From the human T2T-CHM13v2.0 reference genome, Homo sapiens: a DNA stretch of 64,000 nt. A program made the position numbers and the translations under genes. Where the stretch lies: assembly GCF_009914755.1 (NCBI RefSeq), contig NC_060925.1. One strand, written 5' to 3'. Shown in pieces: positions 57,001-64,000 of this stretch (position 1 is the stretch's first letter; each line of letters opens with the position of its first letter). Under the pieces are notes generated by a model. The model was given only the letters and a program-made list of their open reading frames with translations, did not search any database and was not told the DNA's origin.

Positions 57001-60000
57001 ATTGAATGGAATCAGATGGAATCATCGAATGGACTGGAATGGAATCATTGAATGGACTCGAAAGGGATCATTATTGAATGGAATTGAATGGAATCATCGA
57101 ATGGTCTCGATTGGAATCATTATCAAATGGAATCGAATGGAATCACCGAACAGAATCGAATGGAACAATCATCGAATGGACTCAAATGGAATTATCCTCA
57201 AATGGAATCGAATGGAATTATCGAATGCAATCGAATGGAATTATCGAATGCAATCGAATAGAATGATCGAATGGACTCGAATGGAATCATCGAATGGAAT
57301 GGAATGGAACAGTCAATGAACTCGAATGGAATCATCATTGAATGGAATCGAATGGAATCATCGAGTGGAATCGAATGGAATTATGATCAAATGGAATCGA
57401 ATGTAATCCTCATCAAATGGAATCAAAAATAACCATCATCAATTGGTATTGAATGGAATTGTCATCAAATGGAATTCAAAGGAATCATCATCAAATGGAA
57501 CCGAATGGAATCCTCATTGAATGGAAATGAAAGGGGTCATCATCTAATGGAATCGCATGGAATCATCATCAAATGGAATCGAATGGAATCATCATCAAAT
57601 GGAATCTAATGGAATCATTGAACAGAATTGAATGGAATCGTCATCGAATGAATTGAATGCAATCATCGAATGGTCTCGAATGGAATCATCTTCTAATGGA
57701 AAGGAATGGAATCATCGCATAGAATCGAATGGAATTATCATCGAATGGAATCGAATGGTATCAACACCAAACGGAAAAAAACGGAATTATCGAATGGAAT
57801 CGAAGAGAATCTTCGAACGGACCCGAATGGAATCATCTAATGGAATGGAATGGAATAATCCATGGACTCGAATGCAATCATCATCGAATGGAATCGAATG
57901 GAATCATCGAATGGACTCGAATGGAATAATCATTGAACGGAATCGAATGGAATCATCATCGGATGGAAACGAATGGAATCATCATCGAACGGAAATGAAA
58001 GGAGTCATCATCTAATGGAATTGCATGGAATCATCATAAAATGGAATCGAATGGAATCAACATCAAATGGAATCAAATGGAATCATTGAACGGAATTGAA
58101 TGGAATCGTCTTTGAATGAATTGACTGCAATCATCGAATGGTCTCGAATGGAATCATCTTCAAATGGAATGGAATGGAATCATCGCATAGAATCGAATGG
58201 AATTATCATCGAATGGAATCGAATGGAATCAACATCAAACGGAAAAAAACGGAATTATCGAATGGAATCGAAGAGAATCATCGAATGGACCCGAATGGAA
58301 TCATCTAATGGAATGGAATGGAATAATCCATGCACTCGAATGCAATCATCATCGAATGGAATCGAATGGAATCATCGAATGGACTCGAATGGAATAATCA
58401 TTGAACGGAATCGAATGGAATCATCATCGGATGGAAATGAATGGAATCATCATGGAATGGAATCGAATAGAATTATGGAATGAAATCCAGTGTGATCATC
58501 ATCGAATGGACCCGAATGGAATCATCATCCAACGGAAGCTAATGGAATCAACATCGAATGAATCGAATGGAAACACCATCGAATTGAAACGAATGGAATT
58601 ATCATGAAATTGAAATGGATGGACTCATCATCGAATGGATTCGAATGGAATCATCGAATAAAATTGATTGAAATCATCATCGAATGGAATCGAATGGTAT
58701 CATTGAATGGAATCGAATGGAATCATCATCAGATGGAAATGAATGGAATCGTCATAGAATGGAATCGAATGGATTCATTGAATGGAATCAGATGGAATCA
58801 TCGAATGGACTGGAATGGAATCATTGAATGGACTCGAAAGGGATCATGATTGAATGGAATTGAATGGAATCATCGAATGGTCTCGATTGGAATCATTATC
58901 AAATGGAATCGAATGGAATCACCGAATAGAATCGAATGGAACAATCATCGAATGGACTCAAATGGAATTATCCTCCAATGGAATCGAATGGAATTATCGA
59001 ATGCAATCGAATGGAATTATCGAATGCAATCGAATAGAATCATCGAATGGACTCGAATGGAATCATCGAATGGAATGGAATGGAACAGTCAATGAACTCG
59101 AATGGAATCATCATTGAATGGAATCGAATGGAATCATCGAGTGGAATCGAATGGAATTATGATCAAATGGAATCGAATGTTATCATCATCAAATGGAATC
59201 AAAAATAACCATCATCAATTGGTATTGAATGGAATTGTCATCAAATGGAATTCAAAGGAATCATCATCAAATGGAACCGAATGGAATCCTCATTGAATGG
59301 AAATGAAAGGGGTCATCATCTAATGGAATCGCATGGAATCATCATCAAATGGAATCGAATGGAATCATCATCAAATGGAATCTAATGGAATCATTGAACA
59401 GAATTGAATGGAATCGTCATCGAATGAATTGAATGCAATCATCGAATGGTCTCGAATGGAATCATCTTCTAATGGAAAGGAATGGAATCATCGCATAGAA
59501 TCGAATGGAATTATCATCGAATGGAATCGAATGGTATCAACACCAAACGGAAAAAAACGGAATTATCGAATGGAATCGAAGAGAATCTTCGAACGGACCC
59601 GAATGGAATCATCTAATGGAATGGAATGGAATAATCCATGAACTTCGAATGCAATCATCATCGAATGGAATCGAATGGAATCATCGAATGGACTCGAATG
59701 GAATAATCATTGAACGGAATCGAATGGAATCATCATCGGATGGAAACGAATGGAATCATCATCGAATGGAAATGAAAAGAGTCATCATCTAATGGAATTG
59801 CATGGAATCATCATAAAATGGAATCGAATGGAATCAACATCAAATGGAATCAAATGGAATCATTGAACGGAATTGAATGGAATCGTCATCGAACGAATTG
59901 ACTGCAATCATCCAATGGTCTCGAATGGAATCATCTTCAAATGGAATGGAATGGAATCATCGCATAGAATCGAATGGAATTATCATCGAATGGAATCGAA

Positions 60001-63000
60001 TGGAATCAACATCAAACGGAAAAAAACGGAATTATCGAATGGAATCGAAGAGAATCATCGAATGGACCCGAATGGAATCATCTAATGGAATGGAATGGAA
60101 TAATCCATGGACTCGAATGCAATCATCATCGAATGGAATCGAATGGAATCATCGAATGGACTCGAATGGAATCATCATTGAACGGAATAGAATGGAATCA
60201 TCATCGGATGGAAATGAATGGAATCATCATCGAATGGAATCGAATAGAATTATGGAATGAAATCCAGTGTGATCATCATCGAATGGACCCGAATGGAATC
60301 ATCATCCAACGGAAGCTAATGGAATCAACATCGAATGAATCGAATGGAAACACCATCGAATTGAAACGAATGGAATTATCATGAAATTGAAATGGATGGA
60401 CTCATCATCGAATGGATTCGAATGGAATCATGGAATAAAATTGATTGAAATCATCATCCAATGGAATCGAATGGTATCATTGAATGGAATCGAATGGAAT
60501 CATCATCAGATGGAAATGAATGGAATCGTCATACAATGGAATCGAATGGATTCATTGAATGGAATCAGATGGAATCATCGAATGGACTGGAATGGAATCA
60601 TTGAATGGACTCAAAAGGGATCATGATTGAATGGAATTGAATGGAATCATCGAATGGTCTCGATTGGAATCATTATCAAATGGAATCGAATGGAATCACC
60701 GAATAGAATCGAATGGAACAATCATCGAATGGACTCAAATGGAATTATCCTCAAATGGAATCGAATGGAATTATCGAATGCAATCGAATGGAATTATCGA
60801 ATGCAATCGAATAGAATGATCGAATGGACTCGAATGGAATCATCGAATGGAATGGAATGGAACAGTCAATGAACTCGAATGGAATCATCATTGAATGGAA
60901 TCGAATGGAATCATCGAGTGGAATCGAATGGAATTATGATCAAATGGAATCGAATGTAATCCTCATCAAATGGAATCAAAAATAACCATCATCAATTGGT
61001 ATTGAATGGAATTGTCATCAAATGGAATTCAAAGGAATCATCATCAAATGGAACCGAATGGAATCCTCATTGAATGGAAATGAAAGGGGTCATCATCTAA
61101 TGGAATCGCATGGAATCATCATCAAATGGAATCGAATGGAATCATCATCAAATGGAATCTAATGGAATCATTGAACAGAATTGAATGGAATCGTCATCGA
61201 ATGAATTGAATGCAATCATCGAATGGTCACGAATGGAATCATCTTCTAATGGAAAGGAATGGAATCATCGCATAGAATCGAATGGAATTATCATCGAATG
61301 GAATCGAATGGTATCAACACCAAACGGAAAAAAACGGAATTATCGAATGGAATCGAAGAGAATCTTCGAACGGACCCGAATGGAATCATCTAATGGAATG
61401 GAATGGAATAATCCATGGACTCGAATGCAATCATCATCGAATGGAATGGAATGGAATCATCGAATGGACTCGAATGGAATAATCATTGAACGGAATCGAA
61501 TGGAATCATCATCGGATGGAAACGAATGGAATCATCATCGAATGGAAATGAAAGGAGTCATCATCTAATGGAATTGCATGGAATCATCATAAAATGGAAT
61601 CGAATGGAATCAACATCAAATGGAATCAAATGGAATCATTGAACGGAATTGAATGGAATCGTCATCGAATGAATTGACTGCAATCATCCAATGGTCTCGA
61701 ATGGAATCATCTTCAAATGGAATGGAATGGAATCATCGCATAGAATCGAATGGAATTATCATCGAATGGAATCGAATGGAATCAACATCAAACGGAAAAA
61801 AACGGAATTATCGAATGGAATCGAAGAGAATCATCGAATGGACCCGAATGGAATCATCTAATGGAATGGAATGGAATAATCCATGGACTCGAATGCAATC
61901 ATCATCGAATGGAATCGAATGGAATCATCGAATGGACTCGAATGGAATAATCATTGAACGGAATCGAATGGAATCATCATCGGATGGAAATGAATGGAAT
62001 CATCATCGAATGGAATCGAATAGAATTATGGAATGAAATCCAGTGTGATCATCATCGAATGGACCCGAATGGAATCATCATCCAACGGAAGCTAATGGAA
62101 TCAACATCGAATGAATCGAATGGAAACACCATCGAATTGAAACGAATGGAATTATCATGAAATTGAAATGGATGGACTCATCATCGAATGGATTCGAATG
62201 GAATCATGGAATAAAATTGATTGAAATCATCATCCAATGGAATCGAATGGTATCATTGAATGGAATCGAATGGAATCATCATCAGATGGAAATGAATGGA
62301 ATCGTCATAGAATGGAATCGAATGGATTCATTGAATGGAATCAGATGGAATCATCGAATGGACTGGAATGGAATCATTGAATGGACTCGAAAGGGATCAT
62401 TATTGAATGGAATTGAATGGAATCATCGAATGGTCTCGATTGGAATCATTATCAAATGGAATCGAATGGAATCACCGAATAGAATCGAATGGAACAATCA
62501 TCGAATGGACTCAAATGGAATTATCCTCAAATGGAATGGAATGGAATTATCGAATGCAATCGAATGGAATTATCGAATGCAATCGAATAGAATGATCGAA
62601 TGGACTCGAATGGAATCATCGAATGGAATGGAATGGAACAGTCAATGAACTCGAATGGAATCATCATTGAATGGAATCGAATGGAATCATCGAGTGGAAT
62701 CGAATGGAATTATGATCAAATGGAATCGAATGTAATCATCATCAAATGGAATCAAAAATAACCATCATCAATTGGTATTGAATGGAATTGTCATCAAATG
62801 GAATTCAAAGGAATCATCATCAAATGGAACCGAATGGAATCCTCATTGAATGGAAATGAAAGGGGTCATCATCTAATGGAATCGCATGGAATCATCATCA
62901 AATGGAATCGAATGGAATCATCATCAAATGGAATCTAATGGAATCATTGAACAGAATTGAATGGAATCGTCATCGAATGAATTGAATGCAATCATCGAAT

Positions 63001-64000
63001 GGTCTCGAATGGAATCATCTTCTAATGGAAAGGAATGGAATCATCGCATAGAATCGAATGGAATTATCATCGAATGGAATCGAATGGTATCAACACCAAA
63101 CGGAAAAAAACGGAATTATCGAATGGAATCGAAGAGAATCTTCGAACGGACCCGAATGGAATCATCTAATGGAATGGAATGGAATAATCCATGGACTCGA
63201 ATGCAATCATCATCGAATGGAATCGAATGGAATCATCGAATGGACTCGAATGGAATAATCATTGAACCGAATCGATTGGAATCATCATCGGATGGAAACG
63301 AATGGAATCATCATCGAATGGAAATGAAAGGAGTCATCATCTAATGGAATTGCATGGAATCATCATAAAATGGAATCGAATGGAATCAACATCAAATGGA
63401 ATCAAATGGAATCATTGAACGGAATTGAATGGAATCGTCATCGAATGAATTGACTGCAATCATCCAATGGTCTCGAATGGAATCATCTTCAAATGGAATG
63501 GAATGGAATCATCGCATAGAAACGAATGGAATTATCATCGAATGGAATCGAATGGAATCAACATCCAACGGAAAAAAACGGAATTATCGAATGGAATCGA
63601 AGAGAATCATCGAATGGACCCGAATGGAATCATGTAATGGAATGGAATGGAATAATCCATGGACTCGAATGCAATCATCATCGAATGGAATCGAATGGAA
63701 TCATCGAATGGACTCGAATGGAATAATCATTGAACGGAATCGAATGGAATCATCATCGGATGGAAATGAATGGAATCATCATCGAATGGAATCGAATAGA
63801 ATTATGGAATGAAATCCAGTGTGATCATCATCGAATGGACCCGAATGGAATCATCATCCAACGGAAGCTAATGGAATCAACATCGAATGAATCAAATGGA
63901 AACACCATCGAATTGAAACGAATGGAATTATCATGAAATTGAAATGGATGGACTCATCATCGAATGGATTAATGGAATCATCGAATAAAATTGATTGAAA

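Larger units (their letters stand above)
1..64000 (+). repeat. Human satellite II (HSat2/HSATII) tandem array, ~1,776-bp unit (1q12 1.77-kb type), about 36 unit-lengths, single orientation
   Basis: Continuous (CATC)ATCGAATGGAATCGAATGGAAT-type degenerate pentamer repeat. The homologous anchor (GAACAGAATTGAATGGAATCGTCATCG) recurs at 1755, 3531, 5307, 7093, 8869, 10791, 12713, 14489, 16411, 18093, 19107, 20883, 22659, 24341, 25355, 27131, 28907, 30683, 32433, 34209, 35271, 37047, 38110, 39860, 41636, 43408, 45184, 46956, 48731, 50504, 54081, 55856, 57632, 59408, 61185 and 62961; modal spacing is 1776. Confidence 0.97.

Noticed and set aside
27-63936. Hundreds of 60-163 aa ORFs (MESSSNG..., MEWNG...)
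   Set aside because: They are low-complexity translations of the pentamer repeat, overlap in multiple frames, are freely broken by stops and frameshifts between copies, and show no recognisable domains.
48715-63975. Isolated 1-3 bp indels (~48722, ~49080, ~54794, ~59643, ~63970)
   Set aside because: They are singletons that cannot be distinguished from sequencing error or ordinary slippage without reads.
1-64000. CRISPR-like repeat/spacer array
   Set aside because: There are no unique spacers, since all intervening sequence is the same satellite, and no leader or cas genes.
1-64000. Inversion or embedded L1/Alu/unique insertion
   Set aside because: I saw no switch to the CATTC strand and no non-satellite stretch while reading. 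Very short insertions could have been missed by eye.
1-64000. HSat3 or alpha-satellite identity
   Set aside because: Pure GGAAT runs are only about 3-4 copies and the CATCATCGAAT pattern typical of HSat2 dominates. There is no 171-bp period or CENP-B box.

Overview
The whole 64-kb window is one uninterrupted tandem array of human classical satellite II (HSat2/HSATII), in a single orientation with the GGAAT/CGAAT strand on +. It is built from degenerate pentamers (ATCATCGAATGGAATCGAATGGA-type 23/26-bp monomers) arranged in a 1,776-bp unit with one conserved EcoRI site. This matches the known 1.77-kb chromosome 1q12 pericentromeric satellite (pUC1.77/D1Z1, HSat2A-type); the chromosomal assignment comes from prior knowledge, not a search. 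I found no genes, transposons, RNA genes or CRISPR arrays, and all listed ORFs are by-products of repeat periodicity. I found no evidence of a new coding or defence system. The interesting content is the array's internal history: a recent 6,248-bp tandem duplication with a mappable chimeric junction; recurrent variant units of 1922, 1682, 1014, 1062/1063, 1750 and 1772 bp; a second interspersed subunit lineage; conversion-like tracts; a heavily rearranged zone at about 50.2-53.1 kb; and regularly spaced DUX4-type motifs. Unit lengths were derived from the spacing of homologous anchors in the ORF track and checked by eye.
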